Part shown: positions 25,570 to 39,084 of the stretch, piece after piece
Numbering within the stretch: the first letter of the stretch is position 1
Layout: every line of letters begins with the position of its first letter
Source of the DNA: Takakia lepidozioides
Lineage: Eukaryota; Plantae; Bryophyta
NCBI GenBank assembly: GCA_030704615.1
Contig: CM060732.1
Coordinates: 36,518,001-36,582,000, forward strand
DNA length: 64,000 nucleotides
Reading direction: 5' to 3'
Translations under genes and position numbers: made by a program
The notes under the pieces: model-generated
The model's input: the letters and a program-made list of their open reading frames with translations, nothing else
Database searches by the model: none
Told to the model about the DNA's origin: nothing

Positions 25570-26031
25570 ATCTCGATTGTTAGGATGGATCTAACCCAAA
25601 ATAGGACCAAAAGATTTCATTTTGTTCCCTCTGTTTCAATATCTTAACCCCCCCCCCCCAAAAAAATAGGCAAAATTGCCGCAAAAGAGATATGTGCTCA
25701 GGGCTTGCCTCAACAGTGACAGCATGATCCAGTTTCACTTCTCCGGTAGGGCAATAGTCCATGGGTTGATCAACGCCGCATGCCAACTAACAAATCCTTT
25801 GAGCGGCTCTAAAGAATCCTTAGAGCGAATATAAATAACAACCCAAAAAAATAACAACCGGCTCTAAATTGATGTTGATGACATGGCAACAATGACTTTT
25901 TTAGAACTCCTCTCCCACTTTCAGTCTCGCTTGAATGTCACCTTTTGGCTAAAATGAATTAGAGTTTAGCCAAAACTTGTCGAAGTGGCCTTATGTGTGG
26001 CTAAGAAGCCAAAACTTGGCACTAGCTGATC
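25570..26031 (+). repeat. About 460-bp near-identical direct duplicate of 27700-28166
   Basis: 'atctcgattgttag.atggatctaacccaaaa...cttggcactagctgatc' at both places with few differences. The adjacent 25298-25569 is a more diverged homolog of 28180-28427. Confidence 0.9.
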
Positions 26032-26127
26032 TCCTCGGAACCACATGGAGCAAGATGTACCCAATACACAATTAAAAGTTGGTCTGAGGTCTAAAGATTT
26101 TGACTCTACCTATGCTGAGTTCCGCAG

Positions 26128-26810
26128 AGCAAAGAGAGATATCTGAGCAGAAGGCAGGGGAGGCCTTGAACTGGGAGGACACTCGGCGTATGAAGTACAC
26201 ATGGCGTGTTATTCAGGAATCGCTGCGGCTACAGCCCCCTGTGCAGGGGACCTTTCGCAAAGCTATGAAAGACTTTGAGTATGCTGGCTTCAGCATTCCC
26301 AAGGGCTGGCTGGTAATTTACATTCCCGCTCCTTGTCCGTATCATTGTTGACAAACTGGGTTGGTTCGTCTGGCTCTCAATCTAATCATCTATGGTAGTT
26401 GATCCCTGCCATGCCTGAATTTTAATCCTCGACTCTTTGTTTTGAACTGTTCAGTTCTTCTTGCCTGCAGAGGTGTGCAATACTAAGCCATGCTGAACTT
26501 GGCCTGCAGATTTTTTGGAGCTCATTCCGTTCCCACAAGTACCCAGAGTTTTTTCCAAATCCAGAAAAGTTTGATCCCTCCCGCTTTGAGGGTAAAGGCC
26601 AAGTCCCCTACACATACCTCCCTTTTGGAGGAGGGCCCCGCACATGTCCTGGTTCTTGCCCGCACAGAGATGCTAGTGTTTCTCCATCATCTAGTCCTCT
26701 GCCATCAATGGACGCTCATTGACCCCCATGAGAAAATCAGTATTGATCCTATGCCATTTTTTCACAAGGGACTTCCACTGAGGATTGGCAGGAAAGAACT
26801 TGCGGGTTAA
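26128..26810 (+). pseudogene. CYP716-like cytochrome P450, last two exons only (copy A)
   Basis: [42 protein letters not shown], intron, then [26 protein letters not shown], a frameshift, then [14 protein letters not shown]. Upstream exons are absent. Confidence 0.85.
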
Positions 26811-27210
26811 GTCCAGGCTGTTAGGTACCAATGGAGCTTGTACCTCAGTTTTGCCAGAGAAGAAGGTAACCGCTGAAGACTTGCAGCCGTGACGGACAGC
26901 TGCAGGTGACGAGAAATTGGGCAAGCTCGTGACTTTTCAGGAGATTAGGGATTCGTGAAGAAGAGAAGAACTGGAGAGACGATGGAATATGTGCCCATTA
27001 CCACTCGGCTACATGCCGGTTGTCTTTCATCCATTACTATCATCCGATATCGAATAGGACCAAGTCATCCGTCATTATAAAGTATCGAGAAGAATCGATA
27101 TATCAGGGCCATATCGATGGTTCTACAGAGTATATCAGCCGATAATTCACTAAAAAGTCTTACGATTAAATTAACTTAATTGAAAAAATCTATTAGTCTA
27201 CCGTACATAC

Positions 27211-27562
27211 CAGTGTTGGCCGGTTATTTGATTTTTTTCATAACCGGCGGTTTCGGTTGCTTCAAATTTTAGAAAACTACTAACTTGCGGTTGCGGTTAT
27301 TAAATTTTCTATGGCTAGATATAACCTGCCGGTTATGGTTACTTGCAAAAACTTCAAATAACCGGCAGGTTTCATCAAATAACCGCGGGTATTGGGCAGT
27401 TCTTTAAGAGGTTTTTTGCTCGGTTATTTGAATGCGTGACCTCCGCCGGTTCCTAACTGGACCAGTTACTTCATTTTTTCACCTCCGCCGGTCATATATA
27501 CATATAACCGGATAGGTAACCGCCGGGTATTAGAGAGAAATTCAAATAACCGCCCAACACTG
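27211..27562. mobile_element. hAT-family MITE (352 bp)
   Basis: TIRs CAGTGTTGGCCGGTTATTTGA and TCAAATAACCGCCCAACACTG; 8-bp TSD gtacatac/gtacatag; many subterminal AACCG/CGGTT motifs. Confidence 0.9.
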
Positions 27563-30500
27563 GTACATAGGCAACCAAGAAATTGAAATTGAAGAACACT
27601 TCTTCTTTTATTGTCCTCCGTATTATGAGATCCAGCATGATGGAAGCCAAACTGAACCCTAAATAATGAGGGAATGCAACATGTAACTCCGCATGACAAA
27701 TCTCGATTGTTAGTATGGATCTAACCCAAAACAGGACCAAAAGCATTTCATATTGTTCCCTCAGTTTCAATATCTTAACCCCCCCGCTTTTAAAAAAAAA
27801 ATAGGCAAAATTGCCGCAAAAGAGATATGTGCTCAGGGCTTGCCTCAACAGTGACAGCATGATCCAGTTTCACTTCTCCGGGAGGGCAGTAGTCCATGGG
27901 TTGATCAATGCCGCATGCCAACTAACAAATCCTTTGAGCGGCTCCAAAGAATCCTTAGAGCGAATATAAATAACAACCCAAAAAAATAACAACCGGCTCT
28001 AAATTGATGTTGATGACATGGCGACAATGACTTTTTTAGAACTCCTCTCCCACTTTCAGTCTCGCTTGAATGTCACCTTTTGGCTAAAATGAATTAGAGT
28101 TTAGCCAAAACTTGTCGAAGTGGCCTTATGTGTGGCTAAGAAGCCAAAACTTGGCACTAGCTGATCCTAAAATAGAGTTGGATTCCACGGCAAGCATCCC
28201 GGGCTATACATGCATATCTGTTGGAAGAATGATAAGTGGACTCATGTGCAGTGAAAAAAGTGCACAAGTATTGGGTAGTCAGGTCGCTTGAGTGGACTGC
28301 AGTCAGTGTGATATATTCTTTATCTATCAATTACTTGAGCAAGGCTTGGGCCTTGCCGTAAATTAAAGTAGCATCGTGCAAAGAGTACTGGCCTAGTGCT
28401 TCAAGTGAGGTAGAAAGAATCACAGTACGATAGAGAGCAATTTCCAGAGTCTATCATCTCATCCCTGTTCATATTCGGAGGTGTTGTTTGACTTTGGGAA
28501 GAAATGATGCCTGGGATAGGGAATTCTAGCTTGTGGGAGGGCAGTTTTGGGGTAAGATTAACAATAGGTTTGGGGCTAGTAGCTTCTATCCTCGCGTTGC
28601 TGGTGGGATATTTGGTGTATTCTCAGAGGCAGTCGGAGAGAAGTTTGAAAAGAAGCCCCCCTCTCCCTCCAGGGAGCTTTGGATTGCCGTTTGTGGGGGA
28701 GAGTTTGTAGTATTTGGCAACTTTGAGAGCCAACGATGGAATGGACTTCTTCGAAAGACGCCGCGTCAAGTATGGGCAGGTTTGATTTTTGCACCTCTTT
28801 CCACATAAAAGCTTTTCTCTTAGAACACGAAGGATAATTCTTGAAGTCTGCTCACGAGCTTTCTTCTTTTCTTTCACTCAAAGTGCACAAACGAGACATT
28901 TTGGAGTCCATATGGAGTTCGTTATCTAGTCGACAACCTCTTTATACTCTTTTCTTCCCTCTTCCTGGGGCATGTGACGATTATTTGAGTTTGAAAGTCC
29001 CCCCCACTTCCCCCTTCTCCCCATGATGATAGTTCGTACATTATACTGGTGTGACGAGGGATCCATGAGCTTATATTCGCAATCTCTCTTCCTCTACTTC
29101 TTAAATGGCCATTTTGGCCTCCCACTATGTAATGAACTGCTTTCTTCTCATTTAAGCCAGTTCATGAATTGAGTACGGAGAATGTTGTCACATGATTGAC
29201 TTGACATTTGTGTTGAGCACACCACAGATGACACCAAGATACTTAACTAGAAGATGCAGATCAAATTGGACGGAAATTCTTCCGGACAAAATATAAAGAT
29301 ACTGAGTTTGAAAACTATCATTGGGATATATTTACAGCTAACTAACACAATTTTGTGATGATAGTGGGTATCATGCATGCCACTGATCGTGTAGCTTGCT
29401 TGAGTTCTCCTCTTCCAAAGAGTTTCGTGTGACTACTAGTGCTAGACCACTCTATCTAGACAACTCTGTCCGTGAGCTCACTGCCATGTTGAGCATTCCA
29501 CTGTTCCATACTTTCCAAATTTCCAAGGTACTATTACATGAACTGACGGGTTGTATGTGCGAGATTGGTCCTGGCAGGTTTTCAAAACTCATTTACTTGG
29601 GCACCCTGTAGCGTTCTTGGATGCTCCTGCAGGGAACCATTTCTTGTTTAACAATGAGAACAACACTAGGAGAAAAACGTGGAATAACCACTCTATTAAC
29701 CACTCATTGTGAGTGGTAAAAGACACTAAACACACTCTGGCCCAGAGTGATGAAGAACCAGTGGATTAGGACAAGTGAGTGGTAAAAGACATTACGTGGC
29801 GCTAGTGGTTAAGGACACTGGTTCGAACCACTCACGGCCGGGTCCACCTGTTAGTTGACGTGTCACAGTGGTAAATTAACCACTGTGACAGGTCAATGAC
29901 GTGTCACAGAGGTAAACTAACCACTTATGACGTGTGTCATAGTGGTAAAGTAATCACTTCCGTTTTGCAGTGGACACGTGTAAGCCGGTGGTCCGTGGAT
30001 GATATTGGAGATTATGTCCACACGTGGCGACACTCTCAGCATGGACACGTGTCGTGTGTCACTGCTACGAAATGGATGGAGTGAAAAATTCAATGACTTC
30101 CGAAACCACTCGTTGAGTGATCACTAAATGACTCATATAGTCATTCTATGAAAACTGAGAATATATAATATCATTCACAACGTGGTTATGTAAGTGGATG
30201 ACGTCTCTCAGCAGGTCATTGGAATGATTACCCATAGAGTGGTATGTAAGCTGTTTGAGTTATCCATGGTGTCTCTCTGAGTAGGAACTATGGATTGGAG
30301 TGATTACTAACAGAGTGGCGTGTAAGTGATTAGGAATACCACTGGAGGAATTTATACCACTAATATAGTAATATATAGGTGATTACTTATACCACTATAT
30401 GAGTGGTAATGTGGGCAATTGTGTGCATTTGGCTACTCCCACAGTTGTAAATTATACCACTATTACAGTGATGTGCAAGTGATTAGGAACATGACTAGAT

Positions 30501-30729
30501 GAACACATACCACTAATGTAGTGAAAGAAGTACCATTGGGGATTCAAGCTCTACAAAATAGAATAGAATCCCAGAGAGTAAGTGCTGGAACACTGTTAAC
30601 AAAATCCAGCCATGATAAAAGTCTGAGCCTAACTTCTACACGGCGTCTAGCATGCATGCTAGGAACACTGAACTGCTTTCATGCCTTTTTCTCATTGCCA
30701 GCAATGTCTACGCCCGGGCGAATGAAATT

Positions 30730-33611
30730 CTAAGCCCTCTTCATGTTCTTCTCTGGCCAAAGACAATTCAGACCGACGACATCCTCTAATATTGTTTGCG
30801 GTGGGACCTCTTCCTCGTTAGGGTGGGGCAAGACACAATTGGCAATATAGATATCATTCACCTCAACCCGCCACAATCCTTCAGGTATAACACGGCAGTG
30901 ATATGTATCTTTGCCAGGCACACCAGTGACAATTCCACTAGCAGCCCTGTCTCGTGGTAAATGAGGATCATACAGGCTGATTTTGTCCTTCAACTTAAAT
31001 TGCACACAACACCCACCATAAAACCCACATTAATCAACCCATGAAGACTTACATGTACATTGAAAACTAGATAATGAGGACCGTCCAGTATAAGCAATCA
31101 CTCAAAGTGTAGAGTACTTTGGGTAGCATAAGAATATCTGCAACTGTGGCAGGGGGGTTGATATTTGGGGGTTGCCTTTGAAGCGCTGTAGTTGGTGCAC
31201 TATCGGTGGCAATATCAAGAGTGGCTTTCTCAGCCTGCAAACATCACGCCCAACACCCCTTAACAGTTACGTTTAGCAATGCATCTACTAATAGTTTGAA
31301 GTACCCAACATGTAAATGGCCACATTGTACAGAACTGATAGCCAACAGGTGCATGCATGCTCACCTCTAGTACGGAAACTGTTGCATGGAGAGGTGCCTC
31401 CTGAAGGCCCACCTGACTCTTACTCCCACTAGAACTTGGTGTTATGTCACCATTTGCATCAGTCAAGGACTTTGTGCCTATGGTAGCAGTGGCTCTGGTT
31501 ACACGCTCTCGTTTTCGCATGTACTTCTTCTCAGCTCCCTTCACGATGGCAGGGGCGGGGTCCTCTGCTTTAGTCCCCTTCTACATGCCAACAAAACAAC
31601 AAGGTATAGTACATGAGTACGTTTTACCATACCTGATGCATAGAATTCAATAAATAGATCATTCATGAAATGTTTTCAGAGTCAAAAACAGAAAGCCCAA
31701 TGACATGAACCAAGATAAAGTCTTTGAGGGCGTACCTCTTTCTGTGGGGAAGTTGGCTTCACATGCTGATCTGCCAACCCCCTATTGTCACCCTTACCAG
31801 CACTCTCGGTGGAGCAGACGTCCTCACCAACAGCCAATATTGCTGTCCCGCCAGCTCCACCTCCCTTACGTGGCAATTTATCAGGAATTCCCTTGCGCCC
31901 CAATTTTACTTGGGTCACCACAAGGTCCTCAATGGCAGATGACTTTGGCTTTTCCCCAGCCTCAAGAGGTTCTCCCTGCACGCAAGCAAAACATACCAGA
32001 GCAGTAAACTTCAAAGTCAACTAACACTGAATGGATGACAACCACAAAAATAAGTTGGGTAAAGGTGCACAAACCACCTTCTCCGTAGCAGTCTTGCATC
32101 CCAAGCCTGCGTCGGAATCGCAAGGTTCAATAACAGTACATATTGGGATAGTAATTGGAGGAGGGGCGGTTGCTGACATTCCCAACATTATTGCCATCAA
32201 TGCATCCAGTTTTTTGCTATTGTCCACAGAAGCCTTAGCAACTTCTGCTTTTATAGTGGCCAATTCGCCCTCAATCGTCGGGATCTGAATGTCTGCCAAG
32301 GTAAACACACTGCCCTCAAGGGACGACAGTCGAGACTGCATCGCACTGCCCCCTCCCTATAGAGCCAAATAAAGAGTCATAATCAGCCCGCATGGCCTGG
32401 CACTGCTACAGCAAAATGAATGCAACAAAAAAAAAATACCCACACGCCATTTACCTGTGCACCTCCAATTGACTGGGAGCCAAAACCCTTGTCCGCCTTC
32501 GATGCGTGTGCCAGCTCAGTGATGCTTGGACTTCGTGCTCTCTCTTTCTTCTGCTAGGGCCACAACAAAAAAAAATTAGCCCCTATTCATCCAAACAAGT
32601 GGGGCGTTTACAGAGGCATGACTGTAGTGACAGTTTGCAACTACCTCACAGGGCAGAGATCTCCATCACATACATGTGTATATATGTACATACATATAGA
32701 TGTATACATATACTAAAATGTGGTACAGATATTCATATTACCAAGCGTCGGGCCTGTCCAGCCAACCCTGCTCTTCCAACCCTCGATGGGTTAGTAACAT
32801 TGGATCGTGCTCTCTTCATGTTCTCACTCTCTTTCTTGCCCTTGGGGGAATCCCAGTACTTCACCAATGCATCCCAATGGCAGGACTCTACACTCGGAGG
32901 GCATAGACCTCCAGCCAACCACACCAGCTTTAACTTTTGGCGGTGTATTTTTATAATCCTCCCACATGCTTTCTGGAACTTGTCAACGCTCATAAGTTTA
33001 GGATAGTACTCAAAATCCTCGTCCATGGATTCCTTAACCTTGGCCATGTCACTGGGTTTCTGCTTGTCTGCTAGCAAAATGCTAGGATCAAGATATCTGA
33101 TGCAGAGTCCCCTCTGCCAATAATCCTTCCCCTCACACCCCTGGTCTACTTCCCCCTTAGAGTTTAGTTGTACCTTATGCGGCTTCAGCCCAACAGATTT
33201 GCGGGCTTTCGCATCAGTTTCATGTTCCTTTGTAGCCAGCATTTTTTGTCTTTTTTTGTATGCCGCCTGCGACGCCACATCCCCTTGTTGTGTGGAATCT
33301 TGATCATCACCAGCAGGGGGGGTGAATGGAGGAGCAGCACCATTAAAAGGGGGGCATGCCCGCTGCCCACCAGCGGCGTTGCATGGAGGGCCCCAAGTTT
33401 GGGCACCTCCTTGTACCCAAGCTCATTGGGGTCCTCCATTGGACCCACTTGGAATCCATGACCACGTGTTCGTCGTCTGTGGAGGGGCCATGGGCTGTTG
33501 CCAAGTAGGTGGTCCTTGCTGCAGCCACGTTTGGCCACCTCTGGATTGCACCCATGGGCCATTCGGGCCTTGTTGCACCCATGTCGTAAGTGGACTAGTA
33601 GCATTCGCCAC
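30730..33611 (-). pseudogene. CACTA ORF2 / TnpA-like gene remnants, multi-exon
   Basis: 32733-33278 reads HWDALVKYWDSPKGKKESENMKRARS (Ptta/En-Spm Transposase_24-like). 30730-31005 reads GIVTG..YHCRVIPEGLWRVEVNDI..LPHP..LEDVVG..CLWP (Tnp1-like C-terminal domain). Coiled-coil and low-complexity exons lie between. Confidence 0.65.
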
Positions 33612-35508
33612 AGCCTCAGTCCCCCCTTCCTTTGCGCGCTTTGATGCAGCCTACACAAGCCCCTCCACCCCACAAAGTTAGCAATTATGGAAAATAAGGT
33701 CAACCGGGCAATGAGCAAGGTCGGTAGTTCGTTAACGCATACAAACCTGGGCCCAACGTGCCAAAAAAAGTTTGGCATCCCATGGCGTGAATGCATGGAA
33801 TGTCATGCTCTGGCGCTGTAGCAATGTCCCACATCCATTCAATATGAAAACCCTAACACATGTTCTAACCCTTTGAAATTTAATCCATGGGTCAAGCCAT
33901 ACATAGTCCAATTCGTAAGCCATTCATCTTTCTAACAAGGTTTCCAGGTCATTCACATTTAGGAAAGAACCTTGGTTTGATATATAACATTTACCACCAT
34001 ATATGCAGATTGTAAACTCATCACAAAAGCAGATTGCAGGTCTACAAATAAATCTCCGGAACCAGGCTCAAAGCATATCAGGTTCGAAATGAAACAATCA
34101 ACCACTCATGCCTTAGGTTCACAAGCCAATCATAGTAGCAATAGGCTTGGTTATATAAACCAATCACCATCTCAGTCATTGTAAGCATATACATTTCATG
34201 AGCCATTCATTTTCCTAAAAAAGTTTCTTGTATAGGCTTGAAACTGATATATCAAATTGCCTATATGCAGATTGTAAACTCATCACAAGTGCAGATTGCA
34301 GGTTTGAAGATAAATCTCCAGAACCAGGCTCAAAGCATATCAGGTTGGAAATGAAACAATCAGCCACTCATGCCTTAAGTTCACAAGCCATTCATAGTAG
34401 TAATAGGCTTGGTTACGTAAACCAATCACCATCTTCTATGCAGATTGTACAACACACGAAACAGGTTGTATGCTCGTTGTATGTTTGAAGATAGTACACC
34501 AGATCTTAGATAAACACTTCAAGTACCAACTGAGATAGCAAATTTCTGCCAGTTATATACTTTACTGGTGACATAATGACATAAACCAAGACAATCTGAG
34601 GGACATATCAATGTACACTACAGCATGAGGACGGGACAAAATGCTATGAGTTTATCACTAAAGAGTCCCCAACACACTCGCCCCTCCATCTGCTACAAAT
34701 CGCAGCACTCAATGACTGAATCACCCATTCACCAATGCCCCCAAGACAGTTGCAAAACGCAGCTTCTTAATTATAATTTCTCCAGCCTCTCCCTACCGTT
34801 CATATTCCACCATCCCATCGCATTCTCCTGGGGTAAGTGACTCCTCTTCTCCTCCACTTTCGCTCTTTGCTGAACTAGGTGCTCTTGTCAAATCACCTCC
34901 AGTGTCATCGTCGTTCAAATGTTTTGGGTTGCGTTCACTCTTTGCCATAGAACCTGCACTCTCCTTCAGCAAAATTGAAAAGAGACTGAGCCTAACTAAA
35001 ACCTACAAGTGCACATTCAGATTGAGCGATGGAGGAGGCTGTAGATATAAGCACATGACAACAAACGGGCTAACGGCTTCGTGCTAACTACAAATGCATA
35101 TGATGGGCTAGGCTACTGCTCACAACCTTCAAGATATCCTATCTTAAAGCACTATAGCTTGTACCTAGAAGTAGGGTTTGCTAGGTCACCGCGTAGTAAT
35201 TCAATCCACTCTGAAAATTACTAAGAAGGTGGTTTGTAGATGACAAGAGCCAACTTTTTCCATTTTCTGCACTGTCAGAGTCATACTCACTCTTTTTGTA
35301 GTTCTAAAGTAGAAATATGAGGTGTGAAACAACCACTCAGAAAGTGGTACCTTACAACTCTATGAGTAGAGAGTACAGTAGATTGTTGAAATTCTTGTTT
35401 TTTATGGACTTGGTATATTAATCTTGATTCTCCCCTCATACCAGGAAAAGAATTCCTTAGCATCATGGAGCCAAAATAGACACACCTGAAACTGGAAATG
35501 GGGCAGAA

Positions 35509-36141
35509 GTGGAATTAGATGACCTAGATGTTCCCGGTGATACGAACATCCCACCAGAAGCCCATGACCCGGTTGCGGGTGGGGACTCTCACACTGATGA
35601 TCCCATCTCATTGGAAGAGGCATGTCTACCTTTATATGAAGGCTGTAAATCCTCTAAGCTTGCATCCACCATGCTTATAATGAATCTATGCGCAACACAT
35701 GGGGTTACAAATGGCTTTGCGGATGAAATGTTCTCTTTGATGCAGAAAACCTTGTTGCCACAACCAAACGTACTACCCACATCTTTCTACCATGTAAAGA
35801 CCATGGTGAGCAAGCTTGGGCTTGCTTATGAGAAGATCGATGTTTGACCAAAGGGGTGTGTGTTGTTTAGGAGGGACTTAAGAACTTCAGAGAGTTGCCC
35901 CAAGTGTCAAAGCGCCCGATTCAAAAATGTGGGGAGATCCGGGGTACTTGTTAAGGTGGTTCGACATTTTCCATTGATACCACGCCTTTTGCGTATGTAT
36001 AGATGCTCTTCTATTGCAGAATTAATGACGTGGCACAGTCGGAATGCAAGCAACGATGGCTTTGTGCGCCATGCTGCTGATTCAAAGGCTTGGAAGCACA
36101 TTGATCCAAGAGCAAAAAAGATTGTGGCGGACATAGATTAA
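35509..36141 (+). pseudogene. CACTA TnpD/Tnp2 transposase N-terminal fragment
   Basis: PLYEGC..SKL, LPQPNVLPTSFY, LGLAYEKIDV*, CPKC, RHFPLIPRLLRMY..MTWH..DGFVRHAADSKAWKHID. Truncated before the DDE core. Confidence 0.85.
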
Positions 36142-38763
36142 TGTGACATTGGAGAAAATGCAGATTTCGATAGCCTTCAGGCACTGTCCCCCTTATCAGA
36201 TCAGCCAATACCTAGGTCATTAGATGGTGCCACAACTCTAAATAAAGAAGACATGGCTATGTTGGCTACCATTCAAGCGGCATTTGTGCAACCAACCGCT
36301 ATTCTAGTTGAGGAAAGTGATTCAGAGGGTGACGAATATGTTTCAAATTCAGAATAAAGTTTATTGTTGGAACCATTTGTTCAATAGCATCATGCCACAA
36401 TGGTCTGGCCACTTGTCTGTTTTTCAAAGTCTGTCACAGCTAAACAAACCACTTAAAATTTTTCATGTATCACCCAAAAAGTGGTACCAATCACTTGTTG
36501 TTAGGCAACCACTCATGAGCAACCACTAGAATAGTGGTTCCAATTACTGCAGTATCTTTCACCACCCACTCTCCACCACTGTCAAAGTGGTACAAATCAA
36601 TGAGGTGTCTTTAACCACTCAAGATCAAAGTGCACTGTCCCCGTCCACGTGGAATATTATATTTATGAATTAAAATATATTTCCAAATCATAAATCACAA
36701 ATAAAATTTGAATTATTACACGTGGAGCAACAAGTGGTTTCAACCACTTCCCATCACTGAGGTGTCTACTCACAATGTACCACTGCACTCGTCCACGTGG
36801 AATATTATATTATATTAATTAAAATGCATTACAAATAAAAATAATAAAAATAAAAACAAATTATTACACGTGGACTACTGAGTGGTTGAAACCACTTCCA
36901 ACCACTGTCTGTGATGCCACCGTGGCATTTCAATGGGATTAACCATTGGCAAGTGGTTACTAGTGGTAAATAGAGTGGAAAAAAACAGTAGTGGTTAAAG
37001 GGCCAGTGGTTATTCCATGTTTTTCTTCTAATGCAAGCTCGTGCAGAGTAACTGACCCAGCTCAGTTGCCACTCTTTTTGGACAAGGAAGCCTAGCCCTC
37101 AAATTCGGCAAGTATGTGCTAAATTGGGGATTCAAACATGATTACATGTTGTAGTGGCACTAACTGGAATTAGCATCTCAGAAGAACTAATGGGAGCGTT
37201 ATAAGCCATTGAAATATACTCCAGTTCATCAGGGCTATTTTGAATCATAGGAACAGTTTTTCCAACTGTGTCCCTCCATTCAGCAGAAGACCCCTCACTG
37301 TTAGACCTATAAGTTCTGCCAAAGATACTGTAGTGAGTTTCAAAGGTTTTGACAATGTCAACCGATGAAGTCACCACTGCACCTTTAGTAGTCTTTAGCG
37401 CTGGTACTTGCTGACCGTTTTTCAGCTTATACAATTGTTGAAGGGCCAACCAGAATTTCTTGTCATTACCACCATGGTGGTTTGAGTTTATTTCACTGTA
37501 TAACTTATCCCAGTATAATTTCTTCTAAGACCTAACAAGCTGATTGATATCTTTACGGAGCTGGTAGTACCTCGCCCACAATTCTCTGTTGGTTTTCAAA
37601 TTGCAGCACTCTTCATAGAGGGCTCGTCTCTCAGCTACCTTGAGTTTAATCTCATTGGTCCACCAATTAACAGCTCTACCGCAGACAATTAGTTTCCTCC
37701 CAATTATCTTGTCAGCCACGAAGGGAACGAAACTCTCCCAAGAGTCCACTGCTCTTTCGACTTCATTTCTTGCGTTATCAGAGCGAGACTGAAGTTCTTG
37801 GAGCGATTGGACAAAATGAGGGAGAACCTCTTGCAAGGCCTGGACGTACTCAGCCTTGACCTCCTCATTATGGAATTTTTCTATGCGCCACTTCCGAATC
37901 GAACGTTTCACAGATCTCTTGGTGTTGGGAAAACACCTTTGATCTCAGTCCAAACCAGGAAGTGGTCAGAGGTACCAATATCAATTGTGTCGATCAACAC
38001 ATTGGCACACTGGGGGATCAAATTTTTGTCCATTACGATATAATCCACAATGGAACGTTCCCCAGTTTGGGATTTCTCACGAGTCCACTGCACTTGGTCA
38101 TCTCTTGTCCTGTTATTCAAGGTCAATAGCTGAAGCTCTTCTAGACAGTTAATTAACCGTCTGCCATTAGAATTCAGCTCGTCCTCACCAAAAGGTCCAA
38201 TGATATCGTCCTGATGGAGCCCTTTGCCCACCTGGGCATTGAAGTCACCCAATAGCACCACCTGACCTTTGGCAAGGAACGAAGCACAGTCCAGCTTTAC
38301 ATCTTCGAAGGCTTTGTCTGCGTCAGCACTAAGGGTCCCCTCTGTGGGCATGTAAACCCAACCCACAAAGAGATCCTTCGTACTCATGCCGCCCTTCAGA
38401 TTCAGTTTTAGCCAGATACTATGCTCGTACCTCAAACCCTTGTTGATAATTTCACAATTGTCAAACAAGAAATCACGGACAAAGAATCCAACCCCTTTTT
38501 GACCGCGTTTGGCAGAGGCTGCCTTGATAGTACACATATTACCTGCCCATTTATAATCATTGACATCTCCAACCAATTTATCCGACATTTCCCATTTTTC
38601 TTGCCCAACACAGATATGAATATCATTAGTCCGAAGAACTTGTCCCACTTCGAGTTGTTTCCTTTGGTTGGTCAACCCTGAGAAGTTGAAAGTGGCTAGC
38701 CACAAGCCAGCCCTTTGTATGTGAATTGTTTGTCGTCTAGGTAGCTTGTGATTGCTCCTGGAC

Positions 38764-39050
38764 GGTATCAGAGCAAGAACATGAACAAGAACTAAAGTCT
38801 TAGACTAAAGCTAAAACTAAAGCTCTCCTCCCAACCATAGAAGCCACCATCATACTCTTGCACTTAGACTAGTGGCTTCACCCCCGAGCTTGTACAAGAA
38901 GGTCTCTAGAAAGTCCTACTTGGTCACTTCCACTTCCACTATGGTGACCATCCACCTTCTAGCCATTCACCTTCCAAAGGTGAGTTAAACAAGATAGTCT
39001 CTTAGACTTCTAAACCTTTGGCCTTCAAGACTCTTAGTCTTCTAGATATG
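38764..39050 (+). mobile_element. LTR-retrotransposon leader fragment starting at a tRNA-iMet primer-binding site, inserted in the LINE
   Basis: GGTATCAGAGC at 38764-38774 matches the canonical plant PBS (T)GGTATCAGAGC. It interrupts the LINE reading frame just upstream of APE. Confidence 0.5.
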
Positions 39051-39084
39051 TTTAATTACTTCCAACAGGCCAACCGTTCTGCAA

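Larger units (their letters stand above)
29664..37033. mobile_element. CACTA (En/Spm) DNA transposon, 7370 bp, internally deleted
   Basis: Left TIR CACTAGGAGAAAAACGTGGAATAACCACT; right TIR reverse complement CATTAGAAGAAAAACATGGAATAACCACT; 3-bp TSD CAA (29661-29663, 37034-37036); dense ACCACT/AGTGGT subterminal repeats. Confidence 0.93.
28504..37110 (+). pseudogene. CYP716-like cytochrome P450, exons 1-2 only (copy B), exon 2 split by a CACTA element
   Basis: Exon 1 28504-28779 (TM, PLPPGSFGLPFVGESL, in-frame TAG at 28708, KYGQ). Exon 2 is 29578-29663 plus 37037-~37108: VFKTHLLGHP..GNHFLFNNENK|LVQSN*PSSVATLFG. Confidence 0.88.

Noticed and set aside
29664-30520. ACCACT/AGTGGT and CGGTTC arrays as CRISPR-like repeats
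   Set aside because: Short, irregular, in both orientations and next to TIRs: typical transposon subterminal repeats in a eukaryote.
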